This document shows, piece after piece, positions 53,313-64,000 of a DNA stretch of 64,000 bases. Origin of the DNA: Octopus sinensis (lineage: Eukaryota); the NCBI RefSeq assembly GCF_006345805.1, contig NC_043001.1, forward strand, positions 46,686,001 to 46,750,000. Reading direction: 5' to 3'. The notes under the pieces are model-generated. The model saw nothing but the letters and a program-made list of their open reading frames with translations. It did not search any database and was not told where the DNA came from. Position numbers and translations under genes: made by a program. Every line of letters starts with the position of its first letter. Within the stretch, counting starts at the first letter, position 1.

Positions 53313-53780
53313 TGAGTGAGAGTGTAATTCATGCCATCAAAGTGACACTGGGGTAAAATATACGAAGCCCAATATACCCATCATGACTACCCATCTGATA
53401 AAGGTACACCAGGCACATGCATCACAACCATATGTGCGCGACATGGTGATCTCATATCAAGATAAACAGCACATGACCTTGCGGGTGGGGCCCAGTTAGA
53501 ATTTTCTTCAGGTTGAGTAGCCCATCCCGCTCAAAAGGTCCCTGAATAAGGGTTGTTTAAGGATGTTGAAAGAACCACCCATGTTTCCAGAGGTGAATTA
53601 TTCAAACCCCAAAGAATCCCTCTCAACACATGGCTATGATGCTCCCCCACTACTTCTGCTCGTGATCAGAGATGCACATATCGTCAGCCACTAAGGGACA
53701 TGCTCAACTGTTTAAGGTCAAACAACTGACAAGTAAATCTGTGGTATTGAGCAGAATATTTGCTGTAGCCCATCTTTTAT
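53313..53780 (-). mobile_element. Family D element flanked by (ATT)n on both sides
   Basis: Reverse complement of about 57500-57965. Confidence 0.85.
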
Positions 53781-53821
53781 TATTATTATTATTATTATTA
53801 TTGTTATTATTATTATTATTA

Positions 53822-53872
<51 letters not shown>

Positions 53873-53889
53873 TAAACACTCAACAGATT

Positions 53890-54772
53890 AGACTGTTGGA
53901 AAGGAAAAGAGTCCTAACATCGGGCCAAAAACCCTCCTAAGTATCCTAGCTATCCCTAATAACACTGCTTTCTGCAGCTGTACTAAACTGGGTTTTATGT
54001 CTATTTCCTCTATCCATCTATAGGGATATTTCCCAATGCACCTATAACTACTGGGATACATTTTACATGCATTTTCCATAGTCTCTGTAATTCAATAGCT
54101 ACGTCCTGGTGCTTTGCTAATTTTTCTATACTTCTCATTAATTTTTTCAGCATTTGGGATTGTAAAGTCAATTATCTGGCACTTTCTATTCTCTAACAAT
54201 ACTGCCAAATCATGCCTTCTGGTTTCTATTACCTATTTCTTTACTACCCACATGGGGCTAAACACAGAGAGGACAAACAAGGACAGACAAACCGATTAAG
54301 TCGATTATATCGACCCCAGTGCGTAACTGGTACTTATTTATTGACCCCGAAAGAATGAAAGGCAAAGTCGACCTCGGCGGAATTTGAACTCAGAACGTAG
54401 CGGCAGACGAAATACCGCTAAGCATTTCGCCCGGCGTGCTAACGATTCTGCCAGCTCGCCGCCTTCTAGTTTCTATTACCTTGTCAGTCTGAATGTTAAA
54501 GTCCCATATCTTGTATTTCTTACTTTCTAGTAATTTATTAGGTTCATGTTCATACCATTTATCTGTATGTTCAAATCCTAGCTTTCTACATAGCTCCCAG
54601 TGAATTGCGCTCCCTAGATTGTCATGTCTTGTATTCGTTCTGTGCCAGCATGCTACATTCACTTACTATATGAGTAACGCTTTCCTCTTTTGATTTTCAT
54701 AATCTACATTGAGAATCTACTTGGTTTTTGTCTATCTTGGCATTAGTCCTTAATGCTTGATCTTGTGCAGCT
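53890..54772 (-). pseudogene. R4/Dong-like LINE 3' fragment (CCHC plus REL) with a nested SINE B
   Basis: Minus strand reads QDQALRTNAKID..CRL..ESVTHIVSEC..RHDNLGSAIHWELC..KWYEH.P..WDFNIQTDKVIE..LQKAVLLGIARILRRV. Confidence 0.85.
54235..54463 (-). mobile_element. SINE family B, full length, with an 18-bp TSD
   Basis: TTCTGGTTTCTATTACCT (54217-54234) and TTCTAGTTTCTATTACCT (54464-54481). Confidence 0.92.
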
Positions 54773-54779
54773 ACTTACA

Positions 54780-55000
54780 AACTTTCTGTCGCCTTCTTCA
54801 GCATCGAATAATAACCACTCAGTGTTCATAATAAGACGCTCAGCGAAGGGAAGAAAGGGTGTTTTGCGTTTCGAGCAAAGCTCTTCTTCAGAAATAGGAG
54901 ACAGAGGGAAGCCGAAGAGAAAAGGAAGACGGAGGAAAAAAAGTCGCCAACAATCCACATGTAGTTGAGCACATAAATGCAAAACAGGGTGGAAAAAATA
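54780..55000 (-). mobile_element. Penelope-like terminal-repeat remnant with a minimal hammerhead motif
   Basis: Minus strand ttt-CTGAAGA-agagctttgctc-GAAA-cg-CA-aaa at 54862-54894. Confidence 0.55.
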
Positions 55001-55032
55001 GTATTCGAATAATACTAATAATACTAATGTGC

Positions 55033-55180
55033 TTTTATTACAGCTGCAAAATTATCACACAACTGTTACTCAGAGTTTAACGTTCCCGTTCGTCCGACAG
55101 TTGTAATCACAACTGTCGGACGAACGGGAACGTGAAACTCTGAGTAACAGTCCTGTGATAATTTAGCATCTTTAATAGAA
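55033..55180. repeat. Palindrome of about 150 bp with a 4-nt loop at 55105-55108
   Basis: ACTGTTACTCAGAGTTTAACGTTCCCGTTCGTCCGACAGTTGT-AATC-ACAACTGTCGGACGAACGGGAACGTGAAACTCTGAGTAACAGT. There is one mismatch in the inner 43 bp. Confidence 0.95.
55112..55151 (+). ncRNA. Type I hammerhead ribozyme-like motif (U4G variant)
   Basis: actgt-CGGACGA-acg(ggaa)cgt-GAAA-ctc(t)gag-TA-acagt. All three stems pair, with a predicted GUA cleavage site after 55146. Confidence 0.6.
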
Positions 55181-55267
55181 GGATACACACACACGCACAT
55201 ATATTCATATACATATATGTACATACATACATACATACATACATACATACATACATACATACATACA

Positions 55268-55298
<31 letters not shown>

Positions 55299-55847
55299 TT
55301 CAGGGTATCATAGTTTGTAAGAATAATATTAAGGAGAAAAACTACAATATAGTAGAAACAACAGCAAAAACAACAAAAATGACGACAAGAACGACGACAA
55401 CAATAACAACAACAATACAACAGCAGCAGTATCGACGGCTAGATCATCATCTACCTCATCATCATTAGCAGTAGCTGCAGCATCACTCACAGCAGCAACA
55501 ATTCCAGTTATATGTCTTCGGTCGCGTCTTGCCGAAATAACTCATTAGCAATGCTCGGTGGAGCGTAAGAACGAGGTCATTACTAGATGTAGGAGTTCGA
55601 CTAAAAACGGGGGTAAACATGGTAGGGAGGGCGAGACGAAGAATTATAGGAAGGTAATAAGGGTGAAGCAGGGGAAAAGAAAGAGTGGTAGTGGGGAGAG
55701 AGGGGGGAGAGAAAGAGAAGGAAGCTGTAAAGAAGGAAGCTGTAAAGAGAAAGAAAGCGAGACGAGTGATATTAAGATAGATGTGGGTGTCATCAGAGGG
55801 GACTTGCCTTGGACCGTATTGATAAGAGGCTAAATTGGAAGTGGAGT

Positions 55848-55940
<93 letters not shown>

Positions 55941-56097
55941 CTGAAATTTAGGTACCGTTTCTTTTGGGTGCAAAATTTTTGTAGTAAAAGTACAGCTTTG
56001 AATTTGATGGAAAAAATTTTGAGCACTTTAAGAGAACTTTACACGAAGATACTTTCGTTGTGGTCTATGAATATTTCTTTCTATTATTATGATTGAC

Positions 56098-56305
56098 AGG
56101 CAGAATCGTTAGCAGTGAGCTGGCAGAACCGTTAGCACGCCGGGCAAAATGCTTAGCACCATTTCGTCCATCTTTACGTTCTGAGTTCAAATTCTACCGA
56201 AGTCGTCTTTGCCTTTCATTCCCTCAGGATCGATAAAATAAGTAGCTGTTGAACACTGGGATCGATGTAATCGAGTTATCCTCACCCTTGTGTCAAAAAT
56301 TGAAA
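56098..56305 (+). mobile_element. SINE family B
   Basis: Duplicated head, B-box and core. Confidence 0.85.
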
Positions 56306-56404
56306 CCATTATCATGATAGCTCACAGTTCAAATCCTACCGAGGTCAACTTTGTCTTTCATCTCCTCAGTGCCGATAAAATAAAGCGCTTGTCCAAAGAT
56401 ACTA

Positions 56405-56782
56405 CTCTTTTACTCTTTTACTTGTTTCGGTCATTTGACTGTGGCTATGCTGGAGCACCGCCTTTAGTCGAGCAAATCGACCCCAGAACTTATTCTTTGC
56501 AAGCCTAGTACTTATTCTATCGGTCTCCTTTGCCGAACCGCTAAGTTACAGGGACGTAAACACACCAGCATCGGTTGTCAAGCGACATTGGGGAGACAAA
56601 CACAGACACACAAACATATACACACACATGCATATACATACATACATATATACGACGGGCTTCTTTCAGTTTCCGTCTACCAAATCCACTCACAAGGCTT
56701 TGGTCGGCCCGAAGCTATAGTAGAAGACACTTGCTCAAGGTGCCACGCAGTGGAACTGAACCCGAGACCATGTGGTTGGTAG
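56405..56782 (-). mobile_element. SINE family A
   Basis: Reverse complement of the family A consensus. Confidence 0.9.
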
Positions 56783-56862
56783 ACTAAGTCTACCCTCTAA
56801 ATTTGTAGGCCTTGTGCCAAAATTTGAAACTAAAGACGGCGAGTTAGTAGAGTCGTTACAAA

Positions 56863-57357
56863 TATCAGGTAGTGGCTCTTATGGCGTCTCATCTTAATTG
56901 ATTGGAAGTGTTATCATGTACATGTTTTGGCTTGGTATAAAAAGATGGGCTACAGCAAATGTTCTGCTCAATATCACGAATTTGCTTGTCAGTTACTTGA
57001 CCTTAATCAGTTGATCATGTCCTTTAGTGGTAGACAATATTTGCATCACTGATCACGAGCAGAAGTCATGGGGGAGTATCCTTAAATAATCATCATCCTT
57101 AAATAATCCTTATTTAGGGACCTTTCGAGTGGGATGGGCTACTTGACCGGAAGAAAATTCTAAGCAAGCCCCACCTGCAAAGTCATGCGTTGTTTATCTT
57201 GCTATGAGACCACCATATCGCGCACATATGGTTATGATTCATGTGTCTGGTGTGCCCTTATCAGACGTGTAGTCATGATGGCTATATTGGGCTTTTTATA
57301 TTTTACCCCAGTGTCATTTTGATGGCATGTACTGCTCTCTCAATAATAATAATAATG

Positions 57358-57420
<63 letters not shown>

Positions 57421-57965
57421 CAGTACCAGGCAGTGGCTCTCATGGCTTCTGATCTTAACTGATTGGAAGTGTTATCATGTACATTGTTTTGTCTTGGTAT
57501 AAAAGATGGGCTACATAAAATATTCTGCTCAATACCACAGATTTGCTTGTCAGCTGTTTGATCTTAAACAGTTGAGCATGTCCCTTAGTGGCTGACGATA
57601 TGTGCATCTCTGATCACGAGCAGAAGTAGTGGGGGAGCATCATGCCATGTGTTGAGAGGGATTCTTTGGGGTTTGAATAATTCACCTCTGGAAACTTAGG
57701 TGGTTCTTTCAACATCCTTAAACAACCCTTATTCAGGGACCTTTTTGAGCGGGATGGGCTACTCAACCTGAAGAAAATTCTAACTGGGCCCCACCTGCAA
57801 GGTCATGCGCTGTTTATCTTGATATGAGATCACCATGTCGCGCACATATGGTTGTGATGCATGTGCCTGGTGTACCCTTATCAGACGGGTAGTCATGATG
57901 GGTATATTGGGCTTCGTATATTTTACCCCAGTGTCACTTTGATGGCATGAACTGCTCTCTCACTC
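56863..57965 (+). mobile_element. Two head-to-tail family D elements (diverged 56863-57341, well-preserved 57419-57965) separated and followed by (AAT)n
   Basis: Colinear with each other and with 7992-8540. Confidence 0.88.
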
Positions 57966-58012
<47 letters not shown>

Positions 58013-58015
<3 letters not shown>

Positions 58016-58410
58016 CCAGACATAGTGTTAATTGAGAAAGAAAGCAAACAACGCTGGATCATAGATATAAGCATGTCCAGCAGACAGCAAGGTATGCAAT
58101 AAGGAAGAAAGAAAAGTCGATAGATATGACAGGTTAGCTTGAGATGTTAAGCAGTTGTGGTCGAAGAAAAAGGTGGTAGTAGTACCAATAATTATCGGAG
58201 CCCTGGGAACAGTGAGTAAAAATCTTGAGAAGTACATGGAACAAATAGGGGCTGCAATAAGGGTGGAGCACTTGCAGAAAACAGCACTGCTTGGAACCGC
58301 TCGAATACTCTGGAAGGTGCTCGAAAAATAAGGGGTGTTACCTTTGTTCACTGGTAAAGAACAGCTGACACCGTAGTACATCTCCAGCGTTAGGATTTCT
58401 GAAACGTAAT
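58013..58410 (+). pseudogene. R4/Dong-like REL endonuclease 3' end, following (AAT)n
   Basis: KPDIVLIEKESKQRWIIDI..KVDRYDRL..VVPIIIGALGTV..LQKTALLGTARILWKVLEK*. Confidence 0.85.
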
Positions 58411-58414
58411 CACT

Positions 58415-58850
58415 TGCTCTACTTCTGGATGACTTCAATATTTATGCCTCCTCCGGCCGGCCAGGATCAGATGGCGTCGGGGTGCTGTTTTGGAAACGCC
58501 TTGACTTGAAAATTAGTACAGTTTTTCAAGGCCCCGTCGGTAGGATGGTGGTCTTGGACGTAAGCAGCAAAGACGGCAATGGTGGAGCATTCAGATTAGC
58601 GGCAGTCTATGCAGCAATTGGAACTGGACGGCCGGATTTCTTTAGATGTCTAGAGACTTTCCTAGGAACATCTCGCTAACTAGTGTTAGTGGGCGACTGG
58701 AATGGGATCTTAGACACAAGCAAAGACTATGTGTGAGTAGCAGATAGTGGGTTGGCACAAAAGCCTCGCTAAGCTTCTCAGGCATTTACAGGTGTACGAC
58801 AAGCTTCGCCTGGATTTCCCAAATACACCACTAGAGACTTGCAGTGAGTT
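58415..58850 (+). pseudogene. L1/Tx1-like APE endonuclease fragment
   Basis: GVGVLF..GRMVVLDV..FRLAAVYA..DFFRCLE..LVLVGDWNGILD. Confidence 0.8.
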
Positions 58851-58879
58851 ATCCATGTTATTCGTAGATAGGTTTTTAT

Positions 58880-58944
<65 letters not shown>

Positions 58945-58956
58945 TAATAATAATTT

Positions 58957-60057
58957 TCAAGTGAGTTTATGCATAATACCCAGGTTGAACAGCATGAGGG
59001 AAGTGCAGCAACTGTAGTTGCAAAGAAGGTGAAATCAATCGCAAAGCAAAATGCGTTTGAACAATTGGCTGATAGATGGGAGCAAAAACCTCTGCATAGC
59101 AAATATATGGCTCGTAGCAAATCAAGCTGATGTAGACCAGAAGCACACCTATCAGTGGCTACGGATCTCAGGGCTAAAGTACATGGAGGCTTTATCTTAG
59201 CTGCCCAAAATCAGAGCTTATTGACCCGGAACTATCAAGCCAATGTGATGAAAAATGGTGTAGACCCAAAGTGCCGATACTGCAACGATGGAATAGAAAC
59301 AGTCGATCACCTAATCTCTGGATGTAAGGTTTTTAGCACTTGTAGAGTACAAATCAAGACATGACAGAGTTGGCCAATATCTACACTGGATAATGTGTCG
59401 GCATTATAAAATCAAAACTGTTGACAAATGGTAGAAGCACCACCCTAAGGCTGTAACTGAAGGAGAAAATGTAATTATTCTTTAGGACTTCCCAGCATGT
59501 ATAGATCGGACCATTAAGGCCAATAAACCATATATAACTGTGAAAGACTACAGCAATAAAGTCTGTTTATTGATTGACATGAGCATACACTGTGACCATA
59601 ATATCTCGACAAAAGAATTTGATAAGGTCAGAAAATATAAATATCTGCTAATGGAAATCGAAAAGATGTGGCATCTCAAGACTGTTACAATACCAGTGAT
59701 TGTAGGAGCACTTGGAATGATCAAAAAAGGAACTGAAAATTATTTAAGAATGATTCCTGGCTTACCATCCATGCAGGAAGTGCAAAAGATTGTCTTAACT
59801 GGTACGTCACACATATTTAGAAGAGCATTGTCGCTGTGAATTTTCTTACCTTTCCCCCCTTTATTTGTTTACTTTTCTATTTTTTCTTTTTTCTTTCTGT
59901 CTTTCCCTTTTTCTCTATCACATGACTTTGTAAATGAACAATCTGGTGTGCTTGTTTTAATGGCCTACCAATATATACAATACGTTTCTCTGCCCTAGGT
60001 GTCAGGAAGACACTCGGCAAGAAATGGAAACGGAATTGAAAGAAGGTGCTAATGAAA
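58957..60057 (+). pseudogene. 5'-truncated R4/Dong-like LINE (CCHC plus REL plus 3'UTR) flanked by (AAT)n
   Basis: WEQKPLHSKY..GFILAAQNQSLLTRNY..CRYC..ETVDHLISGC..RHD..LIDMSI..KYKYL..IPVIVGALG..QKIVLTGTSHIFRRAL*. Confidence 0.9.
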
Positions 60058-60075
60058 ATAATAATAATAATAATA

Positions 60076-60109
<34 letters not shown>

Positions 60110-60154
60110 CCTTTCTACCCTAGGTACTAATCTACTATACGCAATGATCCTTTC

Positions 60155-60352
60155 TACTAAGGGTTGAAATTTGGGGGAGGGGACTCGTCGGTTACACCGA
60201 CTCCAGTGTTTCACTGGTACTTAATTTATCGATGAAAGGCAAAGTCGACCTCGGCGGAATTTGAACTCAGATTTGAACTCAGAACATAAAGACAGACTAA
60301 AACCGCTAATCATTTTGCCTGGCGTGCTAACGATTCTGCCAGCTCGCCGCCT
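60155..60352 (-). mobile_element. SINE family B
   Basis: Ends GCCAGCTCGCCGCC and carries the core motifs. Confidence 0.85.
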
Positions 60353-61681
60353 TAATGATAATAACAACAACAACAACAACAACACATTAGGATTAATTAT
60401 CTGAGTCGTTGATACTACTTCCATTCAATGAATTCTTCGTATTAAAAAGAAAAGTTAGATGATTTTAATGTTAAACAAAAATGCAGTTGTCAGGAAAATG
60501 ATATGAAGAAATCTTAAGTCTCATTCCCCCAGTTTTAATAATAATATTGATGTTATATGTTAGATGTAGGAAAAAAATTAAATGAGAAACAATGATACGT
60601 TGTCATTCAGTGTAATTGGAAAGAAAATATTTATCGACCACTGGTTTTGTTTAATATGACATTAATTCATAACACATCTACATTGGTACATTCCCTTTTA
60701 CTTTATTATTATTTTGTAGTAATAATAAATATTATTAAGCATGGAAGTCTTTCACTGACTATTAAAAAGCTAATTGGGTGCTACTTTAGCGTGCGGTCTA
60801 CCGCAGTAACCATAGTCTACGCTGTGAAATAACTTGATATGTCTACAGAAACCCCAGCTGCTTTTGTGACCTTTCATGGCTGAATTTATCACCAGATCTT
60901 GTATTCTTTTTTGACCTGAGCACGCCTGACCATGCTGACCTTTATTTTTATTTACCAGTTTGATTTGAATGCACCTGTCTCTGCAGTGTGTGTAGTTTAC
61001 GCTGAGAAATGACCGCTAGAAGAAACAGCAGTTGCGATGCCAAAACAAGGATTTTAAAGAAGCTGGGAGGCCTTAGTAGTGTTACCTTGATCACATTTGC
61101 TGGAAAATATTGAAAATAGATGTTGCAGATTTGTTTGCATTGGCATTCCTAAATGATGCACAAAGTGTGTAGCATTGGCTGATTTAAATGTAAATTATTT
61201 GCCTCAGTTATGTAATACCCATGAATTCTATCATAATGTTGACCATTGACGATGATCATTTAGCACATTTTCGAGGATTATGATTGGTATGATTAAGTGT
61301 ATATCATAAATGATAAATCACTATTCAGCATTATTCAACACATTTTAATAATTCTGCAGTATAAAGTTCTTGTAGTGATGATTGACTGCACAGTAAAGTA
61401 TAAATGTGCTGGTAAACCAGTCGCTAATGCAAAAGTGGAGATATATCGTACAAAACCTGTGGAAACCCCATAAATGATAAGATACACATGCACATACATC
61501 CAGAGAACGCATGGTGAATGCATTAGTATAAATTCATATATATTTATAAATATGGGTGTGCACGTTTTCATTTAAAGTAATTACCTGCTAATACTTTGCA
61601 TGTACCACGTCCTCGCGTTTTTTTTTCTTGCGTTTTTTCTTCGTTTTTATTGGGGTGAGTGGGGATTAACTATGGGTACTA

Positions 61682-61941
61682 CTTGAGAACAGTGGTCCCG
61701 GTGCGCGCACTCGCGCAGTCGCGCATCCGCGCTAACTAGTCATGACTAGTCGATCCTTACTTTGTGTTTTTGTGTTTTATTTACTTAGTTTTAAAAAATT
61801 ATTTACTTTGTGTAAAAAAAATTATTCATTTTGTGTTTTATTTACTTTGCTAGGTTAGTCGTTGTAGGATCGACTAGTCACGACTAGCTAGCGCGGATGC
61901 GCGACTACGCGAGTGCGCGCATCGGGACCACTGTTCTCAAG
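61682..61941. mobile_element. MITE, 260 bp, with GC-rich TIRs of about 79 bp and TA flanks
   Basis: TA-CTTGAGAACAGTGGTCCCGGTGCGCGCACTCGCG..CGCGAGTGCGCGCATCGGGACCACTGTTCTCAAG-TA, with a T-rich interior. Confidence 0.85.
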
Positions 61942-62164
61942 TATGTATGTAGTTCACCTCTCAACCACCAAGGCCGTGCTCGATCTCACTGTATTGCATT
62001 TTAATCCTCGGGACGAAGAGTGACAGAAATTGTATTGAAACTTGTCGGATGGTTCGAAGCTGTAATTCAGAAGCTATAGTCTTGTCACACGTTGTGTCAT
62101 ACTGCGAACTCATTGGAAATTTATTAATGGAACTAAATGTCAAGAATACGTTCAACCATTATAT

Positions 62165-62365
62165 TTTATCTTTTACTTATTTCAGTCATTTGACTGTGGC
62201 CATGCTGGAGCACCGCCTTTAGTCGAGCAAATCGACCCCAGGACTTATTCTTTGTAAGCCTAGTACTTATTCTATCGGTCTTTTTTGCCGAACCGGAGAC
62301 GTAAACACACCAGCATCGGTTGTCAAGCGATGTTGGGAGGACAAACGCACACACACAAACACACA

Positions 62366-62448
<83 letters not shown>

Positions 62449-62628
62449 ACATACAGAAATATATACGGCGGGCTTCTTTCAGTTTCCGTCTACCAAATCC
62501 ACTCACAAGGCTTTGGTCGGCCCGAGGCTATAGTAGGAGACACTTGCTCAAGGTGCCACACAATGGGACTGGACCTGGAACCATGTGGTTGGTAAGCAAG
62601 CTACTTACCACACAGCCACTCCTGCGCC
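62165..62628 (-). mobile_element. SINE family A, full length
   Basis: Reverse complement of the family A consensus, from tail to CCACTCCTGCGCC. Confidence 0.9.
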
Positions 62629-63039
62629 AGTTAGTAGAACACATTTTCTCAAGTCGTCATGGAGTGGGACTGAACCTGGAACCATATCGTTGGGAAGCAA
62701 TGCACTCATAGGAATATTCAATTTTGAAACCGTAGTTCTATCACTGTTAGAGCGAGCACTCAATCACTGAAACACTATAGAAACAACCCACCTATTTCAG
62801 TCAAAGATATTGTATATAAAGAAAAGATAAATGTTGTGTCAAGTTGTTAATCTTGTCGAAGATCGATAGCTATATTTTGTAGAACAGAGAGATTTGGAAT
62901 GTATATTAGTGAATCTTCGAGGTGTTTGTATTGGAGATGTTTTTCTTTTTTTTCTTTTTTAAGCAAGCTTAGGAGACATATCACAGCTGCTTTAAATTTA
63001 GTCATTAACTTCAAAAGGAAATTTAACTTCATCACACGT

Positions 63040-63173
63040 ACACGCACATGCTGATAAGTAGAGAGAGAAAGAGGGGGAGAGGAAGGGAGAGGGGATGGGA
63101 GGGAGAGAAAGAGGGGAGGAAGAAGGACAGACACACAGACAGACAGATATACAGACAGACAGACAGAGAGATT

Positions 63174-63225
<52 letters not shown>

Positions 63226-64000
63226 CGTACATACATGCATACATACATACATACATACATACATACATACATACACACACACAGAAACATACACGCGTAC
63301 ATACATACTTTGAAAGATAGAGATACTTATGTGAGTGTATACATATATAGATAAGCACACACGCGCACACGCATACATACATATACATGTACATACAAGC
63401 ATTCATATACATATATGCGTATGCACACACATACACACATATACATACACATATATTGTATGTGTATGTATATGTGTTCATATACATACACATACAATAT
63501 TTGTTCATAAGTATACTGATATATACGCATGAACACACACACATCTACTACACCTATATATGTACACGTAAATTTCTTATCAGAACAAAACATATATGTT
63601 AATCAATGCATATATTTTTCGTGCTTTATTCACTCACTCACCTCCTCCTCCAATCGTTTGTATATTTTCACCTCTTCATCTAGTCAAGAGCTTATTAGAT
63701 TCTTGAAATATGGGTTGGGAAGATGAGACGTTTTCAGCTTTCAGTTGCGTGCGTGTCTTTCTATGTACTTTCATACATATATAAATGCATACATATATAC
63801 ATACAGACAGACAGACAGACATACAGACATACATACATACATCTGTATGTATGTATGTATGTATGTACATACATACATACATATGTATGTCTGTCTGTCT
63901 GTATGTATGTATGTATGTATATATACACATATATGTATATATGCGTGTGTGTGTATGTGCATTCATAAATACATGCATATATACGTACGTATAATATAAA
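63040..64000. repeat. Compound microsatellites (GA, GACA, GATA, TACA, CA)
   Basis: Directly visible. Confidence 0.9.

Overview
AT-rich eukaryotic repeat landscape, very probably octopus (cephalopod) intronic or intergenic DNA. This is judged from the microsatellite load and from tRNA-derived SINEs that resemble the described Octopus families. No host protein-coding exon, rRNA, bona fide tRNA or CRISPR array can be supported, and almost all listed ORFs are read-throughs of microsatellites. The window is a mosaic of: (i) three tRNA-headed SINE families (about 35 copies); (ii) degenerate non-LTR retrotransposons, namely R4/Dong-like REL-endonuclease LINEs sitting in (AAT)n or (TACA)n tracts, Ingi/Vingi-like pieces and L1/Tx1-like pieces; (iii) DNA-transposon relics and MITEs (Tc1/mariner, hAT, Chapaev3-like); (iv) Penelope-like remnants with minimal hammerhead motifs and fold-back palindromes; (v) a 139-bp SINE-derived tandem array and a 1.44-kb tandem duplication. 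The most notable items are a palindrome made of two back-to-back hammerhead ribozyme motifs (about 55033-55180), an ORF1-only L1/Tx1-like element inserted with a TSD into the tRNA head of a SINE (44693-46334), and the apparent partitioning of LINE families between different microsatellite targets. Family names are from recall of motifs, not from database searches, and boundaries are approximate unless a TSD is quoted.
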